A stretch of 64,000 nt of DNA from NCBI GenBank assembly GCA_003597935.1, contig QZJT01000039.1, positions 8,336 through 72,335 of the forward strand. Reading direction: 5' to 3'. The notes under the pieces were generated by a model that did no database searches, had not been told where the DNA came from, and worked only from the letters and a program-made list of their open reading frames with translations. The stretch is from Phycisphaerales bacterium. GTDB lineage: Bacteria > Planctomycetota > Phycisphaerae > UBA1845. This document shows, piece by piece, positions 23,526 through 33,851 of this stretch; within the stretch, counting starts at the first letter, position 1, and the number at the start of each line of letters is the position of its first letter. The position numbers were made by a program, and so were the translations under genes.

Positions 23526-25415
23526 CTACGGCTCGAGGATGCACTGGCATCCATTGCCGGTGGCCTGCACCGTGCAGTAGGCGTCCTTGTTCGGATCGGC
23601 CTTGGTCTGACACGTCGTCTTGACGGTCTTATTCGCACCGGTCGGGCAGGAGCTGCCACCGCTCTTGCACGCCCCGCGGCAGATCACGGAACCCACCGGC
23701 AACGGCACGCACGCGGTGCAGTTGTCGCCGACCAGCGGGGCGGCCGTGGTCGTGTATTTGCACTCCCGATCGGGATCGCCGCCGCACAAGACCTCCCTGG
23801 GCTCGAAGCAATCGAACGGCCGGAGCAGTTCCAGCGTGACGTTGCCGACGCTGCCGGGCTGGGCGAACGACGCCTTCTTGCCGCGGATCGCCACCTCGTG
23901 GACGATGTCGTTGACCGCCAGCAGGATGGTCTCGCCGGCATGGCGGGCGTCCGTGAAGATCGTAATGGCCTTCAGCTTCCCTTTGCGGCTGCACTTGGTC
24001 TTGAACTTGCTGACATCCTCGCAGGGGATTCCCTCCGGCCCACCCGGCCGAACGGCCTCGAAGCAGAGGATCTGGTGGACGTTCGGGAAACCGATCTGGG
24101 CCAGATCGACCCACTGGTTAGTGCGGTTGCACTCGATCGCCCGCAGGAAACTCGGGCTTTCCTGTCCGAACGGGTTGGATCCCGGCCAGAAGCCGAAGTA
24201 GTCGGTGGCCTTGTGGTTGTACACCTCGATGACCATAGGGCCGGGCGGTGCGATCGGGCCGCGCATCTCGACAGTGCGCCGCTGGAACTGCGTGCCGTCC
24301 GGCACCAGGTCCTGCTGGCTGTCGAGCAGCTCGGATCCCTCGAACTGCGGGAAGTTCGGCGCGTGCCAGACGTTGATGTAGACTTGGCACGGCCGGCCCT
24401 CGCCGGTGGCGTCGCGGCAGGCCTCGACGGCGTACTCGACGTTGCCGATCCGGGTCGGCTGCTCCAGCTTGAACACGCGGGCGTGACCGTTCTCCGTCAC
24501 CGTCCGGCCGCCGTCGGCGGAGCACGCCACGCTCCCGCGCGTCGGCTCCTGGCGGATGGAGCCGCATTTCTTGTCGGTGTCGACGCAGTCGCACAGGCCC
24601 GCGTCGCGGTCATAGCGGCACACCTTGGGATCGAAGCAGGAGTTGTTGACGCACTTGATCTTTACGCGAATGACGCACGAGCCGAACCCGACGCAGCCGC
24701 AGTCGATGATGCCCTGGCAGACGCCCCAGTCGCACGGCTCGTCCGGGTCGCTGACGCACTCGTTGACGTTCTGCACGTCGCAGTCGCGCATCGACACGCC
24801 CGGCCCCGGTCCCTCGTACTCGATCTCCTCACCATCCTCGAGCACGCCACGAAGATGGGCGAGCCGCAGTTCGCCGTTTTCATCAATGCGATAGCCCACG
24901 TCGCGCACCAGCAGTTCCCGGTCGGTATCGCCGCAACCCCACAGGATCTGCCGCCCGACAAAATCGGCCGGTCCGTCGATCAGCTCGACGTCCGGCCACA
25001 GAGTGTTGTCGACGTCCACGGCGCGGCCGTCGTCCATCAGACCGCTGAGCCGGACCAGCACGATCCGGCCGTTGCGCACGCCGTAGGCGATTTCGCTGAC
25101 GTAGACGCGCTGCACGCCTTCACCCCCGTCGTCGCGGGGCGTGGCCAGCAGGCTCCCGGCGGCGTCCGCGAAGGAGACGATCTCCCGCGGGCCGGCGATG
25201 GGAAGTCCGGCCCGCACGTAGGCGGGCGCCGGTTCGACACCGAAGGCCGAGTCGTCCGCAGCCGGGCTGAGCACGAACTCCGCCGGGCCGATGGCGTGCG
25301 TCCAGTCCGCATCGAGAGACGCGGCCGCAAGGGCCCACGACTGCGCGGACGCGACGGCGACGCACAGCGCGCCGACCACGGGTCCGCACAACCTACACCA
25401 CGTTCCGGTTTTCAT
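23526..25415 (-). CDS. Secreted Cys-rich multidomain protein with CTD-B and a divergent CTD-A-like tail
   Basis: GGAGG SD and signal peptide. Central Cys cluster, CEDVSKFKTKCSRKGKLKA module, and terminal CKY...CTAC Cys-rich module. Confidence 0.72.
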   Translation of the reverse strand: MKTGTWCRLCGPVVGALCVAVASAQSWALAAASLDADWTHAIGPAEFVLSPAADDSAFGVEPAPAYVRAGLPIAGPREIVSFADAAGSLLATPRDDGGEGVQRVYVSEIAYGVRNGRIVLVRLSGLMDDGRAVDVDNTLWPDVELIDGPADFVGRQILWGCGDTDRELLVRDVGYRIDENGELRLAHLRGVLEDGEEIEYEGPGPGVSMRDCDVQNVNECVSDPDEPCDWGVCQGIIDCGCVGFGSCVIRVKIKCVNNSCFDPKVCRYDRDAGLCDCVDTDKKCGSIRQEPTRGSVACSADGGRTVTENGHARVFKLEQPTRIGNVEYAVEACRDATGEGRPCQVYINVWHAPNFPQFEGSELLDSQQDLVPDGTQFQRRTVEMRGPIAPPGPMVIEVYNHKATDYFGFWPGSNPFGQESPSFLRAIECNRTNQWVDLAQIGFPNVHQILCFEAVRPGGPEGIPCEDVSKFKTKCSRKGKLKAITIFTDARHAGETILLAVNDIVHEVAIRGKKASFAQPGSVGNVTLELLRPFDCFEPREVLCGGDPDRECKYTTTAAPLVGDNCTACVPLPVGSVICRGACKSGGSSCPTGANKTVKTTCQTKADPNKDAYCTVQATGNGCQCILEP

Positions 25416-25741
25416 GGCATGTCCTCCAGAAATGAACCGCGGATACGGGTCGGAGCGGCTACGCCGCCGACCCCGTCCCCGCTCCAGTCCGTATCCGTGC
25501 GTGGGAGGACGGTTCTTACAGTTGTGCAGGTGGATTCTGCGAACGTGGCGCCTGGATGAGCATGCGCGATCATGCGCCCCCAGCGAGCCGCGGGCTTGAA
25601 GTCCGCGCGGACTTCCCGGCAGTGATTCGGCTGCGTTTCACGCACGGCGGTGCCGTTTCTGACGGTCGTGATGGAGTCTCCAGGCTCCGTTCCACAGCCG
25701 CGTATACAACACGGAGGTTAGTCGTGAAGGAGTTTGAACGC

Positions 25742-26250
25742 TCCAGTCTTCAGCCGCGAGTGCGGCTCCAGTCTTCAGCCGCGAGTGCGGCTCAAGTCTT
25801 CAGCCGCGAGTGCGGCTCAAGTCTTCAGCCGCGAATGCGGCTCAGGGCTGTAGCCGCGGGTGAAGCCCGTCTGCGGGCGAACCCGCGGACGGACGGACGG
25901 ACCTCGGGAAACCGCGGGGAGCCGCGAAGCGGCGAAGGAACTCGCGCGATGTGCGTTTCCCAACGATGAAACGGGCGTCGGTTCGCACTGCGGCCTAGCG
26001 CGGATTCGCTCCACGTGGACTGCCCTGTTCGTCGTTGCGGATCCAACTCGCGCGGCGACGCGTCCCTCGCCGCTTCGCGGCTCAAGGGATGGGGGGCCGG
26101 CCCGATCCGCGGGTTCGCCCGCAGACGGGCTTCACCCGCGGCTACAACCCTTCCGCCGCTGCGCGGCTACCTCCGAGGACGTCGGCTCAGCGCCGGCGGC
26201 CGGCGCCTACAGCCCTTCCGCCGCTGCGCGGCTACCTCCGAGGACGTCGC
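25742..26250. repeat. Composite REP/MITE-like mosaic: 25-bp tandem units x4 plus long inverted repeats
   Basis: AGTCTTCAGCCGCGAGTGCGGCTC x4. TGTAGCCGCGGGTGAAGCCCGTCTGCGGGCGAACCCGCGGA (about 25849) is inverted at about 26106-26144. Confidence 0.82.
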
Positions 26251-28196
26251 CCGAGCGCCGAACGATGCCGCACGACGCGCATCGTCCCCAGGCCGAACAC
26301 CAGGCTCAGCAGGAACAACGGGCCCAGCGCCCCGCACGGATCGAAGAACGAACCATCGAAGAAGAAGAAGTCGTCAAAGGCCGTGCCGCGGAAGCGGGCG
26401 GAATCGACGCAGTCGCTGAGGCCCGCGTCCAGCAGTTCCTGCTCGCCGACGATGTCGATCGTCGCCTGCGACACCGGCGCGTCGAGATCGGCGATCGCCA
26501 CCGTCTGGAACGCCACGTCGGAGAGCACCCAGGCGTGCTGATCGAGCAGGTCCGCCCGGCGGACCAGGCCGCGGTGGTCGATCACGCCGCGCTGGCGCAG
26601 GTTCGTGGCTCCCAGTTCGATCAGCGCCAGCGAATCGACGTAGTCGCCCAGTTCCTCGTCGAAGGTGCTGAAGGGCAGCAGGATCAGCCCGGCCTCTTCG
26701 ATAATCTTGAGGGCCTTCTCGTCCACCGTCGCTTCGGAGGAGGTGTCGTACCGGCCGCGGTCGCCAAGGATGATGCGGTCTCGCTGCGACGGATCCGACG
26801 GGTCGGACACGTCATAGAGCGCGATGGCGGGCCGGAAGCCGTTGGTATCGTCGAAACCAACGCCGATCAACCGGTCTCCCAACGGCTCCAGGTGGGTGCT
26901 GAAACCGGGCACTTCCAGTTCTCCCGCCACCTTGGGCGCGGACGGGTCGGACAGGTCGAGCACGAACAGCGGGTCGATCTGCACGAAGGTCACCGCGTAT
27001 CCGCGCGTGCCGTCGAAGCGCACCGCCCGCAGCGACTCGTCCGCGACGATCGGCAGGCGGGCCAGGCGGGTGATCGCGTCCGGATCAGTCACGTCGTAGG
27101 TATAAAGCGCCACCACGGTGCGGAAGCCGGATTCGATGAACTCCTCCGTGACGATGCGGAAGGCGCCCTCGAACTCGTCGACGAAGAACCGGTCTTCCAC
27201 CAGGCCGGGCACGCGGAACTGATCGCGGCGGACGATGTCGCCGGCCGGGTCGCGGATGTCGACATAGGAGACCAGCGTCGTGTCCTGCAGGTCGACGTCC
27301 GGGCCGAAGACGTAGAGCGCCGTATTCGAAACGTGGATGTCGAGGGCGTCGCCGGCGAAGGTCTCGGTCTCGACTTCGGTCACGTTCTGCGGGTCTAAGA
27401 TGCTGATGGAGGTGACGAAGACGCCGGAAGTCCGTGGCTCCTCCTCAATGACATCGCCATTGACGTTGTCATTCTGATTGTCGTCGCCGTTCGGACTTTC
27501 ATTGTCGTTCTGGTTCTCATTGTCGTTCTGGTTCTCGTTCTGGTTCTCGTTACCGTTCTGATTCTCGTTGTCGTTCTGGTTGTCGTTGTCGCCGCCGTTT
27601 TCGTCGTCGCCGTCGCCGCCCGAGCCGGGCACGACGTTCCCGGCGACGTAGATCACGCCGCCGACGCGGCGGGTGGCGGTGACGAAACCGGCGAAATCGA
27701 AGGTGTGGATCACCTGGGGCGCGTCCTTGTCGGCGATGTCAACCACCCACAGGCGGCTGCCCTGGAAATCGGGTTGGAGCAGCTCGGCGAATTCGCCTTC
27801 CGCGAACCCGACCACCTCGCCGGCGCAGCGGAAGAAGTCCGCAGCGGTGAAGACGAACGCCAGGTCGTCGCGGACGAACAGCTCGACCCCCCGGCCGCCC
27901 AGACTGGCGCCGCCGCGCATCACCGGGTCGGTCACGCTGGTGGCGTCGATGATGCGCAGCCCCTTGAACGGGTTGGCCAGGTAGAGGAAGCCGTCCACCA
28001 CTTTGACGATGTCGGCCTCTTCGATCTCGCGGGCGATCACCTCGCGGTCGGTCGCGTGGTCGTCAAAGCCGGGACCGGCCTGCGGCGCGAGGGAGGCGCA
28101 CGAAAGCGGCTGCGCGGCCAGGGTCAGCGTGAGAATGACCAGCGCACCTGCGGAACTGAGCAGACGCGCCCGTGGGAGCCATCGTCGGGTGGACAT
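26232..28196 (-). CDS. Secreted beta-propeller domain protein (Beta_propel-like) with Asn/Asp-rich insert and C-terminal TM anchor
   Basis: EADIVK, AVRFDG-x-RGYAVTFVQIDPLFVLDLSDP and GELEVPGFSTHLEP motifs; tail CGALGP-TM-basic. Confidence 0.85.
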   Translation of the reverse strand: MSTRRWLPRARLLSSAGALVILTLTLAAQPLSCASLAPQAGPGFDDHATDREVIAREIEEADIVKVVDGFLYLANPFKGLRIIDATSVTDPVMRGGASLGGRGVELFVRDDLAFVFTAADFFRCAGEVVGFAEGEFAELLQPDFQGSRLWVVDIADKDAPQVIHTFDFAGFVTATRRVGGVIYVAGNVVPGSGGDGDDENGGDNDNQNDNENQNGNENQNENQNDNENQNDNESPNGDDNQNDNVNGDVIEEEPRTSGVFVTSISILDPQNVTEVETETFAGDALDIHVSNTALYVFGPDVDLQDTTLVSYVDIRDPAGDIVRRDQFRVPGLVEDRFFVDEFEGAFRIVTEEFIESGFRTVVALYTYDVTDPDAITRLARLPIVADESLRAVRFDGTRGYAVTFVQIDPLFVLDLSDPSAPKVAGELEVPGFSTHLEPLGDRLIGVGFDDTNGFRPAIALYDVSDPSDPSQRDRIILGDRGRYDTSSEATVDEKALKIIEEAGLILLPFSTFDEELGDYVDSLALIELGATNLRQRGVIDHRGLVRRADLLDQHAWVLSDVAFQTVAIADLDAPVSQATIDIVGEQELLDAGLSDCVDSARFRGTAFDDFFFFDGSFFDPCGALGPLFLLSLVFGLGTMRVVRHRSALGRRPRR

Positions 28197-28348
28197 GGGT
28201 GGACCTTTCTTCCTGGAGACGCGGGCAGGGAGGGGGGCGGTGCGTCCGCCTCCCCTGGACGGCGGCTCGCTTCCGGTGGACGCATGGAAGGAACCGCGCG
28301 GGCGATTCTACGTCCCCACCAGGTGTCCACGGAAGCCGGCCGAGCGCG

Positions 28349-30208
28349 TCACCCCGCCGCCGCCGGGCGGTTCAGGGTGCGGAGCAGGTCACGCTGCTCG
28401 ACCAGACCGACGACCCTGCCGCCGCCGGCGGCGTCGACCACCGCCAGCGAGCCGAAATCGGTGCGGCCGAAGACCTCCAGCAGTCCGGCCAGCGACGTGT
28501 CGGCCGGCACGCTGGGCGAGTCGGCGTCGGCGATGTCGGCGGCCGTGACCAGATCGCGCAGGGCCGGGTCGTAGATCAGGTCGCGCAGATCGGAGAAGTG
28601 GATCATGCCGACGTAGGCGCCGTCGTCGTCCACCACCGGAAAGTGGTTGAACGCGCTCGATTCCACGAACTGGAGCACCTCGTCGATGGTCGCGCCGGCC
28701 CGCAACAGCCTGGCGTTGGTGCGCATGATGTGGCGGGTCTGAAGCGACTGCGGATCGGCCGCTTTCCTCGCCTCGCCGAAGCCCAGCAACCGCAGGAGCG
28801 CCTCCCACTTCAACTGCAGAACCGAGTCGCCTTCGGCCGTCGAGGGCCGCCGTCGCCGCATCAGGCTGATCGCCTTCACCTCGCCGCTGGCCACCACCAC
28901 GTGCTTGAGCGCCACCGGGCCGAGCAGCTCGAACACGACCACGGCCCCCAGGACGATCGACTTGAAGGTGGTCGCCATCGGATCACTGACAAACCCCTCG
29001 GCGGTGCGGGTCCCCCAATGGGTAGCGGCGAAGTCCGCCAGACCGATCGCCACCCCCGCCTGGCACAGCAGCCCCAGGCCCAGCCGCCGCCGCGATTCCG
29101 CCCGCGGGCCGTTCGCCCATCGCACACCCAGCCACGGCCCGGCGACCTTGCCGACCAGACGCCCGGCGACGTACGCGGCCCCGACCCATCCCATGGCCGC
29201 CAGATCGCCCACGTGAAGCTCGTATCCGGCCAGCACGAAGAACGCCGCGAACACCGGGCTGCCGAAGATACGAACCGCCTGCTGGAACGGCTCCTGGTCC
29301 ATGGTGATGTTGGAGAACACCGCGCCAGCGCATAGGCAGGTCAGCAGGTAGTTCAACGACAGGTTGAAGTGGGCGGCCAGGTAGCTCCCCCCTCCGCTCA
29401 GGCCCAGCAGCACCGTCAGGAAAACCAGGATGAACTCCGCCTGAGACAGCTTGGCGTATGCCACGCTGAGCGCAAACCCGGTGACCAGTCCCACCGCGGC
29501 GCTGCCCAGCGTGGTGGAGAGCAGATCCAGCCACAGCATGCCCCGGGCGCCGGCGCCCGAGTCGATCAGCCCGGCCGCGCCAAAGACGACAAAGAGCACG
29601 TGGAACGATATGATGGCCATGGCGCCGTTGACGGCGGTCATGGTCAGGATCGTGTCGCCCATCGGTCCCTTGGCGTCGTATTCCCGCAGGACGATCGTCG
29701 TCGCGGTCGGCGCCGTCTCCAGCGCAACGCACGCCAGCAGAAGCGCCATGACGATGGCCGCCGCCCCGCCTCCCGCGCCGAACGCCAGTGACGCACAGAG
29801 GCACAGGATCGCCACCAGCAGGCCCACCGCGACGTGCTCACACAGGCACAGCTTCCACAGCCGCGCGCCGACCCGTCGCAGGTGGCTGGCCTCGAACACA
29901 GCGCCCATCGAAAAGAGAACCAGCCCCAGTGCCAGCGTCTTGACGGCCCGAACGGCCAGCGCCGCTTCGTCCGCCAGCGCCGCGGCGGCATCTTCCTCGT
30001 GCCGCTGCTCCAGCAGGGTCAGTACGCCCCAGCGCAGGACCACGCCGCCGACGAGATACCCCACCACCCGCGGCACGCGCACGATGCTGGCCGCCGCCCC
30101 TCCGCAGATCGCGGCCAGCAGCAGCAGCGCTAGAAACACGCCGGAGGGGATCGCGGCCGCGGACGACGCCCCGGCGGACGCCGCGAGGATGGTGGGATCC
30201 ACGCTCAC
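28349..30208 (-). CDS. Cation:proton antiporter (CPA2-like) with C-terminal CBS pair
   Basis: TAPTAT, LLCQAGVAIGLA and FELLGP motifs; CBS motifs FPVVD and LAVVD. GTG start. Confidence 0.87.
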   Translation of the reverse strand: MSVDPTILAASAGASSAAAIPSGVFLALLLLAAICGGAAASIVRVPRVVGYLVGGVVLRWGVLTLLEQRHEEDAAAALADEAALAVRAVKTLALGLVLFSMGAVFEASHLRRVGARLWKLCLCEHVAVGLLVAILCLCASLAFGAGGGAAAIVMALLLACVALETAPTATTIVLREYDAKGPMGDTILTMTAVNGAMAIISFHVLFVVFGAAGLIDSGAGARGMLWLDLLSTTLGSAAVGLVTGFALSVAYAKLSQAEFILVFLTVLLGLSGGGSYLAAHFNLSLNYLLTCLCAGAVFSNITMDQEPFQQAVRIFGSPVFAAFFVLAGYELHVGDLAAMGWVGAAYVAGRLVGKVAGPWLGVRWANGPRAESRRRLGLGLLCQAGVAIGLADFAATHWGTRTAEGFVSDPMATTFKSIVLGAVVVFELLGPVALKHVVVASGEVKAISLMRRRRPSTAEGDSVLQLKWEALLRLLGFGEARKAADPQSLQTRHIMRTNARLLRAGATIDEVLQFVESSAFNHFPVVDDDGAYVGMIHFSDLRDLIYDPALRDLVTAADIADADSPSVPADTSLAGLLEVFGRTDFGSLAVVDAAGGGRVVGLVEQRDLLRTLNRPAAAG

Positions 30209-30504
30209 GCGGCAACCTCGGTGGCACGGCGCGCGACCATCTGCCGCCAGCGAGCCGCGGGCTTCAGCCCGCGCGGGGTCTCCTCCCGCGACACGGTTTC
30301 GATTTGCGCACGCCGATACACGTCGCGCCGCGCATCGCCGACGGGTGACAATGCCGCTTCAGACCTCGGTAAAATGATGAGGTCAGATGAGCGCGACGCG
30401 CTGCGCGGCAGGTGTCGGTGGTTGCGGGGACGCCTCATGCGTCGCGATTATGGATGAGATCGCGCCCGCCCGCCATCGCGGGGGATCGTACGGGTGCGCG
30501 ACGG

Positions 30505-30740
30505 GATTGCTCTGCTCTGACGCTGCGCAGCGGTGGTGTGACGAGAATGCTCTGCTCTCGCGCCGCGCAGCGGGCGAGGGGTTGTAGCCGCGGCTACAGC
30601 CCTGGGCCGCATTCGCGGCCGCAAACCAGAGGGTGTACCGGTCACCACCGATCCCTGAGCCGCATTCGCGGCTGCAGACCGGAACGTGCCAGCGCCATCA
30701 CAACTGACGCCTGAGGCGCATTCGCGGCTGCAGACCGGGG
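30505..30740. repeat. Composite REP-like mosaic related to 25742-26250 and 35455-35725
   Basis: GCTCTGCTCT...GCGCAGCGG units, TGTAGCCGCGGCTACA palindrome, three GCATTCGCGGC units. Confidence 0.72.
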
Positions 30741-30814
30741 CACGCACATTCCATCAGGACTCACGCCAGGGCCAGACACGACCCGCTCGACGCCGGCGTC
30801 CGTCGTCCCGGCTG

Positions 30815-31465
30815 TCACGACGGCGCCGGGTGGGCGTCCACCGCGGCGGGCGACTGGTAGAGCCGCTGCTCGGCGATGTACTGGCGGACGGCCTCCGGCA
30901 CCAGGTACTGGATCGACTTGCCCTCGCGCACCCGGCGGCGGATGTCGGTGGCGGAGATCTCGATTTGCGGGGTATCGAGCACGCCGGCGCGCAGGATCGC
31001 GATCTGGTCCTCGCTAAGGCGGGAGCGAAGACGGTCCCAGTCCACCTCGCGGAATCCCGGCCGGCGGGCCGTGATGATCCGGCAGCAGTCCACCAGGGCG
31101 CCCACCCGGTACCAGGTGGTCAGATCGGCCAGTGAATCGGTCCCGATGATCCAGTAGAGAATGATCTCCAGGCCCAGGGTCTGGCGGAAATGGGAGACGG
31201 TATCGATGGTGTAGCTGGGTCCCGGCCGGTTCTGGTCGTAGTCGCTCAGCTCGAACAGCGGCTCTCCGGCGATCGCCAGCCGGACCATCTGGCCGCGGTG
31301 GTCGCCCTCCGCCAGGGCGGCGCCGTTCTTGTGCGGTGGCCGCGAGGAGGGCAGGAAGATAACGCGGTCCAGGCCGAGCTGCTCCGCGATGTTCCGCGCG
31401 ACGATCAGATGCCCCAGGTGAATGGGATTGAAACTGCCGCCGAAGAGTGCGATCCGTGTGGCCAT
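30815..31465 (-). CDS. nadD: Nicotinate-nucleotide adenylyltransferase
   Basis: FGGSFNPIHLGH, PPHK, SYTIDT, IIGTD, ISATDIR, YLVP. Confidence 0.96.
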   Translation of the reverse strand: MATRIALFGGSFNPIHLGHLIVARNIAEQLGLDRVIFLPSSRPPHKNGAALAEGDHRGQMVRLAIAGEPLFELSDYDQNRPGPSYTIDTVSHFRQTLGLEIILYWIIGTDSLADLTTWYRVGALVDCCRIITARRPGFREVDWDRLRSRLSEDQIAILRAGVLDTPQIEISATDIRRRVREGKSIQYLVPEAVRQYIAEQRLYQSPAAVDAHPAPS

Positions 31466-31716
31466 AGGGTTTAAGCGGGTGCAGCGAGCCAGATGGCGAC
31501 GGTCCGTGGCCGCGGCCGGACATGGCGCCCGGCCTCCGCTGCGGCGCTGCTGTGTGCTCTGGCGGACCGGTCGTCCGGCACGGCCCCACGCGGCCGGCTG
31601 AGGGGAACGGTACGAACCGGTCGATACTATGCCCGCTACCAGACCGGGTCAATTCGAGGTCCGATACCCGTCGGCGGAAGTGTGTGGCAGCCTGGGCTGA
31701 ACCGCCGCGGCCCCGG

Positions 31717-31763
31717 AAAAAAAAGGCCGACCGGAAGCGCCCTCCAAGGGCGCTGTCCGGTCG
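31717..31763 (-). terminator. Intrinsic terminator of 31800-32483
   Basis: GC hairpin CGACCGGA..GCGCCCT/AGGGCGC..TCCGGTCG followed on the minus strand by T8. Confidence 0.75.
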
Positions 31764-31799
31764 TGCTGTGCTGACCCTGTCCGTGCCGTCGCAGGCGGA

Positions 31800-32483
31800 C
31801 TAGGCGCAATCGCTGCGCTTGCCCTTCAGCTTGCACTTGCCGTCACCACCGCCCGGGCAGGCAATGGTCGTCCTGATCTTCTTGGCGCAATCCCCGACGT
31901 CCTCGCACTCCGCCTCGGTCCCGTAGTCGGACCCTTCCGCCGGGCAGTCGTCGCACTTCTTGGCTTTGCTCTTCTTGAGCGTGTAGACGCACGTCGGACC
32001 GCCCAGACCCTGAGAAGCCGGCGTGAAGTCCGCCGCAGTAGCGCCGCCGACGGTGCCGGCCAGCGTGCTGTAAAGCAGCGCCGGCTCATCGAGCGCGGCG
32101 GTAGACGTGCCGCTCCAGTTGAGCTTCTCGTCCTGGCTCTGCGGGATCCAGTACGCGAGCACGAAGCCGAGGGTCGGTCCGTTGTGACCGCCGCCGGACG
32201 AGGTGTAGGCGGTCCAGGGACCGATGGGCAGGTCGTTGGGGTCGCCGACGAAGTTCGTCAGCGGGCTGGGCTGGTTGTTGGCGATATCGCCGAAGATGAA
32301 CCATCGCCAACCCATGCCCTGAGTCCAACGATCGTCGACGGAGAGTTCGAACTCGTACTCGAACCGCCCTCCGCCGATGTCGACGTAGTCATACGCCAGG
32401 TGAATCTGCGGCTGGGCCATCGCCGACGGCACGATGAGCGCACCCAGTGCCAACACCACCGTCGCGATACTGATCTTCTTCAT
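31800..32483 (-). CDS. Secreted protein with CTD-A (paralog 1)
   Basis: Signal peptide MKKISIA...AMA, GAGGGG SD, 8-Cys Lys-rich C-terminal module. Confidence 0.85.
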   Translation of the reverse strand: MKKISIATVVLALGALIVPSAMAQPQIHLAYDYVDIGGGRFEYEFELSVDDRWTQGMGWRWFIFGDIANNQPSPLTNFVGDPNDLPIGPWTAYTSSGGGHNGPTLGFVLAYWIPQSQDEKLNWSGTSTAALDEPALLYSTLAGTVGGATAADFTPASQGLGGPTCVYTLKKSKAKKCDDCPAEGSDYGTEAECEDVGDCAKKIRTTIACPGGGDGKCKLKGKRSDCA

Positions 32484-33173
32484 TTCGATTTGCTCCCCTC
32501 AAAAAAAGGAACAATAAGCCGACGGACCGCGCGCTTACGCGACGCGCTCGACCGCCGAACCTGATTCCCAAGGACACCCCCGCTGCGCTCGCCTGTGCCG
32601 CCCGCGGGGGCACGTGTGAATGCTCTGCCGAGCGTCTGGTAAGTCTCCCACCCGAGTCGGGCAGAGCGATCCGGTAGCGGCCCGCTCCGCGTCTTGAACC
32701 CGGAGTGTAACGAATTCCACCGGCAGGTGCAACCCCTACGAAGTGTAACGAATCGTGAGGTTGCGAGACGTCGCCGGCGTGGCGTCGATCCGGGCGGACA
32801 ATCTTCGCCATCGCCTCCCCTGCGCGAAAGGCCCGCTCGGGCGCAGCGGGCGATACTCGGACCACCCTTGCGACATCCGCGGCACCCGTCGCGCTCCCCC
32901 TGCGGGGCATACGCCGAAGTGTCAGCGGGGCGGCGAAACCGGCGGCCGGCGCGCAATGGCACGGGCATCCTGCCGTGATCGCACCTGGCGCGGTGCAACC
33001 AACGGCCTGGAAGACCGTGCCACGCGCCCGGCTCGCCTCATGTGTCCCGAACCCAGCCACGCGCTGCCACGTCGCCGCGCTACCTCCGGCGTCGCCGGCA
33101 AACTCGACGCGCTTGGGCGCCGGCGGCCGGCAGAAGCCGCGGTTCACTGGCCGCACGCGGTGCAGGAGGCGAT

Positions 33174-33851
33174 TCAAGCACAGTCGCTGCGCTTGCCCTT
33201 CAGTTTGCAGGTGCCGTTGCCGCCGGGGCAGGCGATGATCGTCTTGATCTTCTTGGCGCAATCTCCGACGTCTTCACATTCCGTCTCGGTCTCGTAGTCG
33301 GACCCTTTCGCTGGGCAATCGTCGCACTTCTTGGGCTTGCTCTTCTTGATCGTGTAGACGCACGTCGGCCCGCCCAGGTCCTGAGTAGCCACGGCGAAGT
33401 CCGCCGGGGTGGCGCCGCCGACTGTGCCGGCGATGGTGCTGTAGAGCAGCGCCGGCTCATCCAGTGCGGCCGTGGAAGTTCCGCTCCAGTTGAGCTTTTC
33501 GTCCTGGCTCTGTGGGATCCAGTAGTCGAGGACGTAGTGCAGCGTGGGGCCGTTGTGACCGCCGCCGGACGAGCCGTAGGCCGTCCACGGTCCGATGGGC
33601 AGGTCGTTGGGGTCGCCGACGAAGCTCGTCAACGGGGACGGACAACTCCGGCAGTCGCCGAAGATGAACCAGCGCCAACCCATGCCCGGACTCCAACGGT
33701 CGTCCAGAGAGAGTTCGAACTCGTACTCGAATCGCCCTCCGCCGATGTCGACGTAGTCGTACGCCAGCAGAATCTGCGGCTGGGCCACCGCGGCCGGCAC
33801 GATGAGCGCACCCAGTGCCAGCACCACCATCGCGACACTGATCTTTCTCAT
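33174..33851 (-). CDS. Secreted protein with CTD-A (paralog 2, tandem duplicate of 31800-32483)
   Basis: Near-identical protein; start MRKISVA with AGGGGAG SD. Confidence 0.85.
   Translation of the reverse strand: MRKISVAMVVLALGALIVPAAVAQPQILLAYDYVDIGGGRFEYEFELSLDDRWSPGMGWRWFIFGDCRSCPSPLTSFVGDPNDLPIGPWTAYGSSGGGHNGPTLHYVLDYWIPQSQDEKLNWSGTSTAALDEPALLYSTIAGTVGGATPADFAVATQDLGGPTCVYTIKKSKPKKCDDCPAKGSDYETETECEDVGDCAKKIKTIIACPGGNGTCKLKGKRSDCA

Noticed and set aside
25742-25843. 25-bp repeats (and the about 40-bp units at 35455-35640) as CRISPR
   Set aside because: No spacers of consistent length; they are parts of REP-like mosaics.
31800-31995. CTD-A as a heme c or PEP-CTERM motif
   Set aside because: CxxC is followed by P, not H, and there is no PEP motif or TM helix.
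31800-33851. Diversity-generating retroelement (template/variable repeat pair)
   Set aside because: Both copies are full genes, the differences do not look adenine-specific, and no reverse transcriptase is present.
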